Assembly: GCF_001194135.2 (NCBI RefSeq)
Contig: NC_068994.1
Location: 41,230,814-41,294,813 of the forward strand
Direction of reading: 5' to 3'
DNA length: 64,000 nt
DNA from: Octopus bimaculoides
Taxonomy: Eukaryota
Shown here: positions 63,757-64,000 of the stretch, in pieces
How the letters are laid out: every line of letters starts with the position of its first letter
Numbering within the stretch: the first letter of the stretch is position 1
The notes under the pieces: generated by a model
The model's input: only the letters and a program-made list of their open reading frames with translations
Told to the model about the DNA's origin: nothing
The model's database searches: none
Position numbers and translations under genes: made by a program

Positions 63757-64000
63757 AAAAGAGCAATCACTGAATGGTAACCATTTTTCTGTGAAGCAAC
63801 TTCAATGAATTATTAATCAACTACAAGAGATTTTTTGAAGATTATACACAAAAAAAAAGTGAAAAAAAAAAAGGAAGAAAAAGGAATAACTGTTTTAAGA
63901 TTCCTAGGCTATTTCCCTTGCATGTTGTGACAAGTGTCACTTTAGAAATAATTTAAAACATTTGGCTCATTTTCACAGCAAAGGAATGAGATGCAAAGTT

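Noticed and set aside
1-64000. CRISPR arrays, rRNA genes, prokaryotic operons or defence systems
   Set aside because: The sequence is eukaryotic and repeat-rich. No regularly spaced repeat-spacer array and no long real ORFs are present.

Overview
AT-rich, microsatellite-dense eukaryotic DNA from a draft assembly with several N gaps (largest 53454-54396, 58345-58677, 59762-60432). The repeat families look like those of a coleoid cephalopod, probably Octopus (inference from memory, not from a search). I recognise no intact host protein-coding gene. Most ORF-track entries are translations of (TA)n, (TG)n, (GAT)n or (CT)n tracts or of N runs. The window is mostly decayed mobile DNA. It holds three tRNA-headed SINE families (my labels A, B, C) and a (GAT)n-tailed retroposon family (D). 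It also holds RTE-like, R4/Dong-like (restriction-like endonuclease, RLE), CR1/L2-like and Penelope-like retroelement fragments, Tc1/mariner remnants, TTAA-, TA- and hAT-type MITEs, Helentron/DINE-like elements and two foldback hairpins. The best non-repeat signal is a CpG-retaining promoter-like island at about 23.1-24.75 kb. It contains a minus-strand candidate first exon (AAAC-ATG GCG TCC ATT ACC AGA G|GTAAGT) lying in a ~227-bp tandem duplication whose second copy has lost its splice donor. The most interesting patterns are: (1) this duplicated promoter/first exon; (2) three retroelement families each tied to a different microsatellite, (TA)n, (TAA)n and (CATA)n; (3) a twin-priming-like inversion; (4) CpG-decay signatures in hairpin arms. 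I found no convincing evidence of a wholly new biological system.
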